The position numbers and the translations under genes were made by a program. DNA of 52,677 nt from Fidelibacterota bacterium (GTDB taxonomy: Bacteria > Fidelibacterota > Marinisomatia > SCGC-AAA003-L08 > TS1B11), in contig CP070787.1 of assembly GCA_020346745.1 (NCBI GenBank), positions 2,104,174 to 2,156,850 on the forward strand, read 5' to 3'. This document shows positions 10,406 to 20,900 of the stretch, in pieces (the first letter of the stretch is position 1; the number at the start of each line of letters is the position of its first letter). The notes under the pieces were generated by a model. The model did not search any database. It saw only the letters and a program-made list of their open reading frames with translations, and was not told the origin of the DNA.

Positions 10406-11353
10406 ATGAGTGGATCCAGTGAGACCAAGAAGCCTGCTGCTTTAGAATACATTTTTGCCAATTGGAAGCAGCGGCTGGTCAGCGTTGGCAGAGTGGCATT
10501 AGGGAGCATCTTCATTGTGTCAGGCGTAATGAAGGCACTGGATGCTCAGAGCTTCATGGCTACCCTCCCGTTCTATCAGCTCCCCGACTGGCTCCTCCCG
10601 CCGGGAGCCCTGGTTCCCACTATTGAAGTATCCCTCGGTATAGCTCTATTGATGGGATTAGCAACTCGCTTCATAGCCTTGGCTTCCCTTGGCATGTTGG
10701 CCTTCTTCACCGTCCTCCTGATTCTTGGTATAGCTGGAGGTGAATTGGACACCTGCGGCTGCTTCGGGCGTTTATTGGAACAGAGCCCCGGTTCAGCGCT
10801 GGTGCGAAACATCGTACTCATGCTCATCGCCGGAGTCGTGTGGTACTTCAACCGCAGATCGCGGGTCATATGGCATCCATGGAAGGTAGCAACCGTAGGA
10901 GCCACCCTGCTCATTGTGGGCACCGTGACAGGCTATACCATCCATGCGCCGCAACTCGACACTTCTCTGGCGCGAGTAGGCCATTTCTTTCCTGATGAGG
11001 GAATCACTGATGAAACTGGACCGGAATTGGAAGGCCGGCAGCTGGTATTCGTGTTTGCGGTGAGCTGCGAACACTGCTGGAACACCGTCGCTAACGTGAA
11101 TGTTCTTGCCCAGGATACCAGCTATACACTATTTGCCGTCACCAACAGCGATCCTTACGAGGTTGATTGGTTCCGGGAGGAGTTCGGCGCAACTTTTCCC
11201 ATCTATTACTACGACCCGAGCACTTTTAGCAGAGCCTTCCGGGTATGGCCGGCCTTGTACTACCTGGAGGATGGCTTAATCATGGGCAAGACAGAATACG
11301 AAGTTCCCGCACTTCGAACCCTGGAAGAAGTCTACCTGCCGAAATGGCAATAG
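10406..11353 (+). CDS. MauE/DoxX-type membrane domain fused to a thioredoxin-like CxxC domain
   Basis: N-terminal half has 4-5 TM spans with CGCFG. C-terminal half has LVFVFAVSCEHCWNTV (a TlpA/ResA-like CxxC). AGGAA lies 10 nt before the ATG. Confidence 0.7.
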   Translation: MSGSSETKKPAALEYIFANWKQRLVSVGRVALGSIFIVSGVMKALDAQSFMATLPFYQLPDWLLPPGALVPTIEVSLGIALLMGLATRFIALASLGMLAFFTVLLILGIAGGELDTCGCFGRLLEQSPGSALVRNIVLMLIAGVVWYFNRRSRVIWHPWKVATVGATLLIVGTVTGYTIHAPQLDTSLARVGHFFPDEGITDETGPELEGRQLVFVFAVSCEHCWNTVANVNVLAQDTSYTLFAVTNSDPYEVDWFREEFGATFPIYYYDPSTFSRAFRVWPALYYLEDGLIMGKTEYEVPALRTLEEVYLPKWQ

Positions 11354-12153
11354 GAACGTTCGCTATACCCACGATTCTATACCAGGTTGATTCATTCACA
11401 GACACACCCTTCGCCGGTAATCCCGCTGGAGTCTGCATCCTCCCCGTTCATGGTGATGAGGAATGGATGCAGCAGGTTGCCCGGGAGATGAACCTCTCGG
11501 AGACGGCCTTTCTCAATCCCGAGATCGGCGGCTATCATCTGCGATGGTTCACTCCCATCGTGGAGGTGGACCTGTGTGGCCACGCCACCCTGGCTAGCGC
11601 GCATATTCTATGGGAAACCGGCGATCTGAAAGCCGACCGGGCTGCCCATTTCCACACCGCCAGCGGACCGTTAACGGCCCGGAAAGACGGCAAGTGGATT
11701 TACATGGAGTTCCCCGCCATACCCCCCGAAGACATGGCACCACCAAAGGGACTGGGAAGAGCATTGGACATCAAACCTGTCTATATGGGACAGAACCGGC
11801 TGGATCTGCTGGTGGTCGTAGAGACGGCTGGTGAAGTAAGAGGATTACACCCGGACTTCACGCAACTGCGTGATATGGATAGTAGGGGCGTCATCGTCAC
11901 CGCACCTTCGGACCAACCGGAGTACGACTTTATCTCCCGGGCTTTCTTCCCCGCGCTTGGGATTGATGAGGACCCAGTCACCGGATCAGCCCATTGCTGC
12001 CTGGGCCCCTACTGGAGTGAGAGGTTAGGCAGGAAGGAGCTAGTGGGCTACCAGAGCTCCCCGAGGGGAGGAGTGGTAAAAGTCGAGGTACGAGGAGACC
12101 GTGTTCTCCTGGGAGGTCAGGCGGTGACCGTGATGAAGATTGAAATGCTCTGA
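11344..12153 (+). CDS. PhzF-family isomerase/epimerase
   Basis: Trimmed from the track start (11245) to ATG 11344, which overlaps the previous stop by 10 nt. YQVDSFTDTPFAGNPAGV, CGHATLASAH and PVTGSAHCCLGPYW motifs. Confidence 0.85.
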   Translation: MAIGTFAIPTILYQVDSFTDTPFAGNPAGVCILPVHGDEEWMQQVAREMNLSETAFLNPEIGGYHLRWFTPIVEVDLCGHATLASAHILWETGDLKADRAAHFHTASGPLTARKDGKWIYMEFPAIPPEDMAPPKGLGRALDIKPVYMGQNRLDLLVVVETAGEVRGLHPDFTQLRDMDSRGVIVTAPSDQPEYDFISRAFFPALGIDEDPVTGSAHCCLGPYWSERLGRKELVGYQSSPRGGVVKVEVRGDRVLLGGQAVTVMKIEML

Positions 12154-12182
12154 ACTGACCACTTCTCGATACCCACTGTTCG

Positions 12183-12860
12183 TTATCCCTTCTCTACCAA
12201 CACTACTTCACCAGTCAGGCCCCACATAGTGAAACCTGTAACATCCCGTAGGTTAAAGCCTGCATCTTCACATACGCGCCTGACATAGATGGGACGGCAG
12301 TCAGCATATCGGGGCCACCTCTGGTGAGCCCACTCGTAGAGTCGTTCCATTAATCCTGGATGCTCGCTCTTGGACATGGCCACCACACCCAGCCGTCCTC
12401 CACTGCGCAGAACACGATGGCATTCGCCCAGCACCGCCGGTATCTCCGGTGTATCAAACAGCTCCAGGGTGAAACTCATGAAGACCGCGTCGCAAGATCC
12501 ATCCCGATAAGGTAGTTGGGCGGCATCACCGCACGTCAATTCCACCCTGGCCATCACTCCCGCTTTCTCGAGTCGGGCTCTCGAGACATTATACATCCCT
12601 TGTGAAATATCGATGCCGTAGACCTTGCCTGCTTCACCGACAGCTTGTGCCAGAGCGAGCAGGGCATGGCCGGTACCAAAGCCGATCTCGACAATCGTTT
12701 CGCCTTTCTTGGCAGCCAGCTTCTCCAGTCCAGCTTCCCTGTGATTCCTTTCGGACCGGTCAGACAGTAGATCGTACCACCTGCTCAAGCGATCATAGCT
12801 GGCTTTAGCCTCACCCTTCGAGCGGGTGACCCGGCTGATTTGCCAAGAGTCCTCAGACAT
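12183..12860 (-). CDS. Class I SAM-dependent methyltransferase (UbiE/COQ5-like)
   Basis: Motif I VEIGFGTGHALLALA, post-I YGIDIS, and DAVFMSFTLELF. Confidence 0.8.
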   Translation of the reverse strand: MSEDSWQISRVTRSKGEAKASYDRLSRWYDLLSDRSERNHREAGLEKLAAKKGETIVEIGFGTGHALLALAQAVGEAGKVYGIDISQGMYNVSRARLEKAGVMARVELTCGDAAQLPYRDGSCDAVFMSFTLELFDTPEIPAVLGECHRVLRSGGRLGVVAMSKSEHPGLMERLYEWAHQRWPRYADCRPIYVRRVCEDAGFNLRDVTGFTMWGLTGEVVLVEKG

Positions 12861-13998
12861 TCATCACCTCAAGTGTTGCCAGCCGGCGCCTGATCGATGG
12901 GTGGCTGTGAAACAGAAACTCCACCACCGGGTGTGGATCCCGGTCCGCCAGGTTGAGTTCGGCCAGTCGTTCCAAGCCTTCGGCTAGAGCTGAACTTTTA
13001 CCCAGCAGCTTGACCGAATACTGATCCGCAGCGAATTCGTGACGCCGGGAATAGGTATTGGTCAGCGGTCCAGTTACAAATCCGTATACGCCAAGGAATA
13101 AAGCCAGCCAGGGAAGTGTCGCCAAGGCTGCAACCTCACCATCCGATAAACTGACATGCAGACGTGCTACGACAAACAGCCCCAGGAAAGTCAGCACCAT
13201 CCCCAGAGCCATACCCTTCCAGATGTGCTTCAGTTTGAAGTGTCCCAGCTCATGGGCTAGCACTGCAAGGATCTCTTCATCGGAGAATTGATCGAGTAAA
13301 GTATCAGCGAGGAGTACCCGCTTCGCCCGGCCTAATCCCGTGAAGGCGGCGTTGGCCTTCTTGGTGGACTTGCTCAGGTTAAAACGATAGACTCCAGATA
13401 TGGCCATTCCCACTGTTGCACAAAGCTCCTCAATCCGTCTTTTCAGCGGCAGATCTTCTTCCAGGGGTTCGAACCTATAAAACAGGGGAAAGATCAAGAT
13501 CGGAGCTAGGCGTCCGAGTACAATGGAAAACAGGAACAGTAGCGATCCCACCGGCAGCCACCACCAGGCACCGAGAGTCCTGAGACACCAATAAAAGATC
13601 AAGGCGAGTGGCAGGCCAATGACGGCACCCACCAACAGGCTCTTTGTCCGCTCCCATATCCAGGCAGCTACCGTCTGGTTCGACAGGCTATAGCGATGTT
13701 CCACGATGTAGCTGCTGAAAAAGGACAAGGGCAATGAAAAGACGTGGGCAGCCACACCGGCGACCACTCCGAACAGCAAGAAATGAATATAGGGATTGGC
13801 ACTGAGCTCCGTGAATCGCGCCAGCCAGCCAGCCAAAGGCGTCATCACCAATACGAACAGGTAAGCCCAGTTCAGACCGGTGGATGCCAGTGAGAGGAAT
13901 AGCTTGGTTCGATGGTAGCGTTTTGGGACGTCAGGTGCGGTCAAGCCGTGGCGTCCTCCTCGGAGGCCAGCTTGAAGGTGTCCCGGGCAATGATCCAT
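12853..13998 (-). CDS. M48-family (Ste24/HtpX-like) zinc metalloprotease, integral membrane
   Basis: HELGHFKLKH zinc motif and multiple TM spans. ATG 13998 overlaps ackA by 58 nt. An alternative TTG at 13944 would give a TTGA overlap with the ackA stop. The stop overlaps the methyltransferase start by 8 nt. Confidence 0.85.
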   Translation of the reverse strand: MDHCPGHLQAGLRGGRHGLTAPDVPKRYHRTKLFLSLASTGLNWAYLFVLVMTPLAGWLARFTELSANPYIHFLLFGVVAGVAAHVFSLPLSFFSSYIVEHRYSLSNQTVAAWIWERTKSLLVGAVIGLPLALIFYWCLRTLGAWWWLPVGSLLFLFSIVLGRLAPILIFPLFYRFEPLEEDLPLKRRIEELCATVGMAISGVYRFNLSKSTKKANAAFTGLGRAKRVLLADTLLDQFSDEEILAVLAHELGHFKLKHIWKGMALGMVLTFLGLFVVARLHVSLSDGEVAALATLPWLALFLGVYGFVTGPLTNTYSRRHEFAADQYSVKLLGKSSALAEGLERLAELNLADRDPHPVVEFLFHSHPSIRRRLATLEVMNV

Positions 13999-15155
13999 TC
14001 CTCGTTGGTAGGAATAACCCAGATCTCACAGGGGGAATCATCGGTTGAGATCCGTTGCTCCGTTCCATCCTGTTCGTTCTTCTTCTCATCTAAAGCCAGC
14101 CCAAGGAATTCCAGCTCATTCACGGCCATTTTACGGATCAGGGAAGCATTCTCACCGATACCGCCAGTAAAGGCAACGCCATCCAGACCGCCCAGCACGG
14201 AAGCAAACGCTCCAATGTACTTCTTGATCCGATAGGCAAAGACCTGGATGGCCAGTTCCGCCCTGGTGTTTCCCTCTGCCATCTCGGCTAACACCTCCCG
14301 CATATCGCTACTCACGCCGGAGATGCCCAATAGTCCGCTGTGCTTGTTCAACAAGGCGATGGCCTCCCGCCGGCTTATCTCCTCCCTGCCCATAATGTGG
14401 AGGATAACTGCCGGGTCTACATCGCCACTGCGGCTGCCCATTAACAGCCCTTCCACTGGCGTGAATCCCATGGTAGTATCAACGCTTTGGCCATCATGAA
14501 TCGCCGCCATGGAACAGCCATTACCAAGGTGGATAGTCACTAGGCGCAGCGGACGATGATCAACCTGCGTCAGCTCCTGAAACCTTTCACTGACAAACCG
14601 GTGGCTCAGCCCATGGAAACCGTACCGCCGTATACCGTAGCGCCGGTACAGCATGTAGGGCAAGCCATAAAGGTACGCGTGTTTCGGCAAGGTGTGGTGA
14701 AAGGCGGTATCGAACACCGCTACGTTGATCGCATGGGGTATCAGTTGCCGGCCGGCTTCTATCCCCTTCAGATTATGGGGATTATGTAAGGGTGCCAGGT
14801 CTGCGAATCGATGCAGCTGATGGAGCACTTCGGGATCGATACGCACCGAAGCAGTGAACTTCTCTCCCCCATGTACAACCCGATGGCCTACCGCCTCAAT
14901 TTCTTCCTTGCTGTCAAGCACCCCTCGCTCCTTATCCGTGAGCACGGCGAGGATGTACTCTATAGCCTGCTGATGATCCAGAATTTCACCAGACAGGGAA
15001 ACCTCCTGCCCGTCCTCTTGCCGCGTCTGCTTGAGATACGCCCCCCTCAGTCCAATGCGGTCCACTACTCCGCGGACGAGAGTAAGCTGCTTATCCATTT
15101 TGAACAGCTGGTATTTGATAGTGCTGCTACCGGAGTTGAGCACGAGTATTTTCAT
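13941..15155 (-). CDS. ackA: Acetate kinase
   Basis: MKILVLNSGSSTIKYQLF N-terminus, GHRVVHGG, FDTAFH, RRYGFHGLSH. Confidence 0.95.
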   Translation of the reverse strand: MKILVLNSGSSTIKYQLFKMDKQLTLVRGVVDRIGLRGAYLKQTRQEDGQEVSLSGEILDHQQAIEYILAVLTDKERGVLDSKEEIEAVGHRVVHGGEKFTASVRIDPEVLHQLHRFADLAPLHNPHNLKGIEAGRQLIPHAINVAVFDTAFHHTLPKHAYLYGLPYMLYRRYGIRRYGFHGLSHRFVSERFQELTQVDHRPLRLVTIHLGNGCSMAAIHDGQSVDTTMGFTPVEGLLMGSRSGDVDPAVILHIMGREEISRREAIALLNKHSGLLGISGVSSDMREVLAEMAEGNTRAELAIQVFAYRIKKYIGAFASVLGGLDGVAFTGGIGENASLIRKMAVNELEFLGLALDEKKNEQDGTEQRISTDDSPCEIWVIPTNEEWIIARDTFKLASEEDATA

Positions 15156-15316
15156 GACTTTACGTCCCGTCTCTCTTATAGAATGTTGTTCTTAACCGAT
15201 AGATAGAAAAGATGATAAGGTGGGAGCTGGCGAATCCCGCCACTGGTGGCTCACTTCAAGGATAACATCGATCTGGACCACTCAACAACAGCTATGATCC
15301 CGACCTGCGCATATCG

Positions 15317-16261
15317 TCAGAGTGCCCAATGAGTAGAATCGGTTTCTTCGGTCTCGTACTCGAAAAAACCTTTCCCGGTTTTGACCCCCAGGTTGCCCGC
15401 CCGCACCATTTTCTTCAGAATGGGACAGGGCCGATACTTCAAATCGCCCAGCTCGTGGAACAAAACCTGCAGGGAGTTAAGTACCTCATCCAGTCCAATC
15501 TGATCCGCCAGTGCCAACGGTCCCATCGGCAGATCAAAGCCCAGCTTCATGGCAGTATCGATATCCTCCGCCGTCGCCACACCCTCCATGACCACGTGCA
15601 TCGCCTCGTTGAGCATCGGCAGGATAATGCGCGTCGTCACATAACCAGGGTATTCGAAGACCTCCACTGCAGTCTTCCCCAGGCTCTCAGCAAAATCTTT
15701 CACTTCCCCGAAAGTGGCATCGCTGGTTTTCATGCCCCTTACAATCTCCACTAGAGGAATGCGGGGAGCGGGATTGAGAAAATGCAGACCGATGACCCTC
15801 TCTTGACGGTGCTCAGGTAAAACGCTGGCGATCTCCGTCAAGGACAGAATTGAGGTGTTGGACAGGAAAATTGTCTCCCAGGGGCAGTTACGGTCCAGCT
15901 GAAGAAATAAATTCTGCTTCGCTTCCAATGACTCTGGAATGGCTTCCATAACAAAATGAGACTTGCGGGCATCCTCCAACGAGGGACTGATGGCGATACG
16001 TCCCAGTATGGACTTCTTCTCCGATTGGGTCATGCCCCAGCGCCGGATCTCGCGATCCATATTCGCTTCCAGGTCTTTTGGCACCTGCCCAATCAGCTGT
16101 GGATTCACCTCCACCAGTAGCGTGTCATGCCCGTGCGCAGCAATAGTTTGCGCCATTAAGGTACCGTTGGTTCCTGCACCTATGATAGCGACAGGTGTAC
16201 CAAGTCGCTCACGGTCCTCAGGCGGCTTTTCCTTGACTAGCTTGGCGAGTTCATCTTTCAT
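15317..16261 (-). CDS. hbd: 3-hydroxyacyl-CoA (3-hydroxybutyryl-CoA) dehydrogenase with a 23-aa N-terminal extension
   Basis: VAIIGAGTNGTLMA Rossmann loop, HFLNPAP, and a C-terminal 3HCDH domain. The ATG abuts the nudix stop (TAG-ATG). Confidence 0.88.
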   Translation of the reverse strand: MKDELAKLVKEKPPEDRERLGTPVAIIGAGTNGTLMAQTIAAHGHDTLLVEVNPQLIGQVPKDLEANMDREIRRWGMTQSEKKSILGRIAISPSLEDARKSHFVMEAIPESLEAKQNLFLQLDRNCPWETIFLSNTSILSLTEIASVLPEHRQERVIGLHFLNPAPRIPLVEIVRGMKTSDATFGEVKDFAESLGKTAVEVFEYPGYVTTRIILPMLNEAMHVVMEGVATAEDIDTAMKLGFDLPMGPLALADQIGLDEVLNSLQVLFHELGDLKYRPCPILKKMVRAGNLGVKTGKGFFEYETEETDSTHWAL

Positions 16262-16732
16262 CTATTCACCTCCGAAAGTTACCGCCATCCACCGGAGTTT
16301 CCCCGTGGATTTGGTCAACATATCATGGAAGGCCCTCAAACCCTTGCGCTGCTGATCCCACAAGAGGAGCTCCGCAGCGTCTTCCACCGAACACCACCGA
16401 GAATCAGTATGCTCCCTGGACAAAACCACCTCACTTCTATTCACCTCCACACCGAATACCGGGATACAGTTCACCCGATCCGTTTCCGATTCGTAGAACA
16501 AGTTCACATGATCTACAGTCCACATACGTAGTGGCTTCAGGCCCGTCTCCTCACCTAATTCTCTCAGGGCGGCTTGCCAGGCAGTCTCACCGGGAATGAT
16601 CTTACCGGTCACACCCTGCCAGACATGCTCGTAGATCTCTCCAGGTGACCGCTGCAAAACCAGGTAAAGGGGCACGCCATTCTCCCAGCGCATGACATGC
16701 AGGTCCACCAAGCGAACGATCGCCTCAGTCAA
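16262..16732 (-). CDS. NUDIX hydrolase
   Basis: Nudix box GKIIPGETAWQAALRELGEETGL. Confidence 0.85.
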   Translation of the reverse strand: MTEAIVRLVDLHVMRWENGVPLYLVLQRSPGEIYEHVWQGVTGKIIPGETAWQAALRELGEETGLKPLRMWTVDHVNLFYESETDRVNCIPVFGVEVNRSEVVLSREHTDSRWCSVEDAAELLLWDQQRKGLRAFHDMLTKSTGKLRWMAVTFGGE

Positions 16733-17871
16733 ACCTCTACTTCCTCATATGTTTGGAGAAACTCCTTGGACCATCTCTTGAAGTGTCCGCCATCGATAGC
16801 AGCACGTATGGAGCTCATCAACCGCAGGTAAAAACGCAGGTTATGTGCCGTGGCGAGGCGCAGGCCCAGAATTTCTCCGGTGTGGAACAGGTGACTCAAA
16901 TAAGCGCGTTCAAAATGGGTACATAATGGACAATCACACCCCTCCTGGACCGGATCAAGGGCGGATCGATGCCGACTGTTACGGATGTTAAGAGTACCGG
17001 TGGGAGTGAACAACTGGCCGTTGCGTGCGTTGCGGGTAGGCAGTACGCAGTCGAATATATCCATCCCCGCCATCACTGCGCGAACCAGATCGGCTGGGGT
17101 CCCGACACCCATGAGGTAACGGAATCTATCTCTGGGAAGTAACTCGTTCATCAACTCCAGGGTGGCGAAAAGCTCCTCTTTCGGCTCACCCACTGCCAAG
17201 CCGCCGATAGCATAGGCAGGTCCATCCAATGACAGCAGCTCTTCTGCGCTTTGACGGCGCAAGGCGGGTTCGGTGCCACCCTGCACGATGAAGATAAGCA
17301 GCTGGGTGGGACTTGGTGAGGACTGCTTGGCTTGGAAATGATCCTGACAACGACGCGCCCATAGGGTTGTACGCCTGACGGCCTCCTTGATTATCCCCAC
17401 TGGCGCATCGCCAGGTGGGCATTCATCCAAGGCCATTACCAGATCCGAGCCCAGTGTCCGCTGAATATCGATCACAGTTTCCGGTGTGAAACGGTGAGTG
17501 GACCCATCAAGGTGGCTTTGAAAGGTAATGCCTTCGTCATCTACCTCACGTAGCGCAGCCAGACTGTAGACTTGATAGCCGCCCGAATCCGTGAGAATGG
17601 GTTTGTTCCACCCCATGAAGCGATGCAGCCCTCCGTAGCGTCCGATCAGATCCATCCCGGGACGCAAGAATAGGTGATAAGTATTACTCAGGACAATTTG
17701 CGCCCCCAGCTCCTCCACTTCCCAAGGTGCCGATGTTTTCACGGCACCGTATGTTCCGATAGGCATGAAACAAGGAGTCTCGATTCGGCCGCGGGTGAGG
17801 TCAATCCGGCCGCGGCGAGCCGCCGTTGACCGGTCCTCCACAATCACGGTGAAAGGCAAATGGCTATCCAT
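16729..17871 (-). CDS. tgt: Queuine tRNA-ribosyltransferase
   Basis: RRGRIDLTRGRIETPCFMPIGTYGAVK, LTDSGGYQV, and the zinc site CDCPLC..H. Confidence 0.95.
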   Translation of the reverse strand: MDSHLPFTVIVEDRSTAARRGRIDLTRGRIETPCFMPIGTYGAVKTSAPWEVEELGAQIVLSNTYHLFLRPGMDLIGRYGGLHRFMGWNKPILTDSGGYQVYSLAALREVDDEGITFQSHLDGSTHRFTPETVIDIQRTLGSDLVMALDECPPGDAPVGIIKEAVRRTTLWARRCQDHFQAKQSSPSPTQLLIFIVQGGTEPALRRQSAEELLSLDGPAYAIGGLAVGEPKEELFATLELMNELLPRDRFRYLMGVGTPADLVRAVMAGMDIFDCVLPTRNARNGQLFTPTGTLNIRNSRHRSALDPVQEGCDCPLCTHFERAYLSHLFHTGEILGLRLATAHNLRFYLRLMSSIRAAIDGGHFKRWSKEFLQTYEEVEV

Positions 17872-17947
17872 GGGGTGTGTTGATCACGAGCTTCATAGGG
17901 TCGGAAGCTCTCAACACCGGGGAGCGTTTTGCAAGCGTCTCAGGAGT

Positions 17948-20900
17948 TTAAAAATCAAGGCCGATGGTTAGGTACCAGTTACGGCTGCGATCACCATCGG
18001 GGGACTTATACGGCCGGGCAAAATCCAGCTGGAATGGCAGGCCGAAAAGCAGGAAGCGGGGTCCCCATCCATATGTGATGACACCGGACTGATCACCGGT
18101 ACTACTGTCCCAGACGGTGGCTGCATCGATAAACAGCACCCCGCCCAGTTGCCCGAGGATGCGCAGAGCTGGAAAATAATAAACGAGGAAAGGAAAGCGA
18201 TATTCAAGGTTCATCAGGAGTGCCCGGTCGCCGACCAGCTCCATCATCTGAGTACCGCGAAGGGGAGTGACATACTCCGAAAAATAGATGGTCTTGAGCT
18301 GCTGTTCCTCCAAACCCAGGGGATCCTGCTTATAACGCCCACCGTAGTAGCCTCTATTTTCCGAACTAAAGAGCCAGGGCAATCCCCCGACGAGGAAGTT
18401 TTGTGCATCTTCCCCTACATTTACCAGACGGCGATCCCGGAGACGGAGGTCGTAGCTAGCCCCGCCAGATAGTCGGATGGCTCCACTTGTGCCGGCAAAG
18501 AGCCGGAAATAACGCCGGAAATCCAGGGTAATGGTTTGGAAGGAAATGCCATTTCTCCCCCACTTGGGGCTCATACCAAAGCTGACGTTTGTCCGCCAAC
18601 CATTCACTGGATGGAGATAATCCCACTCCGCATTGTCCCAGACTAGACCCATCCGGGGCATGAAAGTCGCCAGAGTTTCGGTAGACAGCGGACGCAGAAC
18701 ATAGTCCGAATGAAGAAGATATTCAGTATGTTCCACCGTATTTGCGGTTAATCCCAGATCCAGCCGTTGGAACCGATTAAATGGTAGGGATGCCGTGACA
18801 TCTACGCCGTAGTGTCTCAGTCGGCCCCCGCCGTAAGAGGTAGGATAGAAATATGCGGTGTGGAATAATGTGAAGTAATAGTTCGTCCTGTATGGCAGCA
18901 GGTGATAAGTGAGAAAATAATCCGAATTTTCCAGGGAGATCTGCATTTCCGTGGCAATGGAAATCCGATGATTCCCCAGCATATCACTGAACATGAATTG
19001 GGTCATCCCCTGGAAGCTGTAGAGGGTACTGTACCCAGCATAGCTCTGAACCAGATCCAGCGTGAACCGGGTCTTATAGGGATGTATACGATAACGTCCA
19101 CCCTCATCCTTAAAGTCTTGTTCTTCCAGCTGCACCCCTAGCAAGGAGTCTTCAGGCTCGCTGGCAAAGGCAGCCGGGTCGTCAATTCCAAAAATGTAAT
19201 TATCGTAGCCGCCCTCCATAGTCGGATAACTGCGGTCCCGATCGACATTCACCAATATCTCCTCAACCGTGGCGGTGTCCGTCAGCATGTAATTGGAAAG
19301 GGACACCTCCTTGGGTTGAGTCCATAATTCAAGGGGACTATGAATCCGATAGATATCATAGCCTGCTTTCTCAAATCCTGTGAAATAGAGTCGGCTGTCA
19401 TCCGAGGCCATATTGAGGTCGCTGATGCCCGTCAGGATATTGGTAACAGCCTGTTCCTGCCCCGTCTCAAGATGCAACATGTAAATATTGTTGATGCCGG
19501 ATCGGTCGCTGGTATAATACATATACGGCGCCGTATGGGCGTATACTGGGAAGTCATCACGAGCTGCATCCTGGGTCATGCGACGGAGATTGGACCCATC
19601 CCTATCGATCGTAAAAATGTCCAGCTGGCCGGTATCGTGTTCATGCATTTGGAAATCAGGTTCAACAGATGATAGTGCGCTATCGCCCTGGGGAGTATTC
19701 CTCAGTTGGAAGGCATAGCGATTACCATCCTGGTCAAAACGGTAGGGTGGATAGTCACCCCGATCAGAGCTGAATGCCAGCGTCATTCCATCAGGTGACC
19801 AGACAGGATTGAACTCACTGAACACATCGTCGGTCAGGTTGGATACGTCTTCCGTCTCCAAGTCCAGCAGGTAGATGTCACTGCTCATGCCGCTGTTCCC
19901 GATGATAGCGATGGTACCACCATCAGGACTCCAGGCAGCCATGAACAAGCCTTCCAATCCCGTGGGATATTTCTTCATCTTCTTGGTCTTAATATCAACG
20001 ACGTATAGAATCTCCTGACTGGCTGCTTTAGCGGTAAATGCCACCTTCTTACCATCGGGAGACCATGTTATTCCAGGTTTGAGCAGGTGCAGCTCCTCAA
20101 ACTCAGAGGTGGTGCCTCCCCGGATCAGGCTTTTCAGAAAACGACCGTCGGTGGCGGAGATCAGGACAATCTCCATGATGCCATGGGTGTTGCGCATAAT
20201 GGCTAACTTGCTGCCATCAGGCGAAATAGAGGGCGCGATGTTGTAGACATTTTCCAGTTTTTCGTGGTCCGTAACCGGGTGAGCAATGTCTTTAAGCCGA
20301 TCACGACCCACAACATCAGGCCAATACTGTTTCTTCAGATACTCCTTCCACTGGTCGGTAAGGAGCTCATAATCGGCACCAATCGCAGATTCGATGCCCC
20401 GCTCTACGTTGCCCCTCATCTTGATTCGACTGAATATCTCTGCGATAGCTTCCTCACCATATTTACTAGTCATATACCGCCATAGGGATTGTCCACTGCG
20501 ATATGCATAATAGCCGGAAATCTGTTGGATAGGTGGGATATCTCCATGGTGAGCCAGATCCCGCATATACATGTCAGAGTGGGCATCCCAGCCGCCGGCA
20601 AGATAATCTGCCAGTCCTTCATTCATCCAACCTGGGATAGCATACCGTATCCTGCCGCTGATGATGGATTGAACATTGCCGCCGTAAACCATGTCATTGA
20701 TAAGGGCATGGACCAGCTCGTGGCGGATCACGTGCCGGAAATCTTTCCAGCTGCCTTCAAAGGGCACGACTACGCGATTCTTGAGTAGTTCCGTGACGCC
20801 ACCAATCCCCTCGTACATGTAGCTGAAGGTCACGTTGGTCTGCTGGAAGTCAGCGTGCGACTGGTAGACCATGATGGAGACACGCTTTTGAAGCTGCCAA

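Noticed and set aside
17879-17917. An extended hairpin just upstream of the tgt start (minus strand GTTGA-GAGCTTC-n9-GAAGCTC-gtga-TCAAC). I considered it as a preQ1-type riboswitch or a terminator.
   Set aside because: It has no U-tract and no resemblance to the small preQ1 aptamer consensus as I recall it. It is probably a simple intercistronic stem, and I cannot support a specific function.
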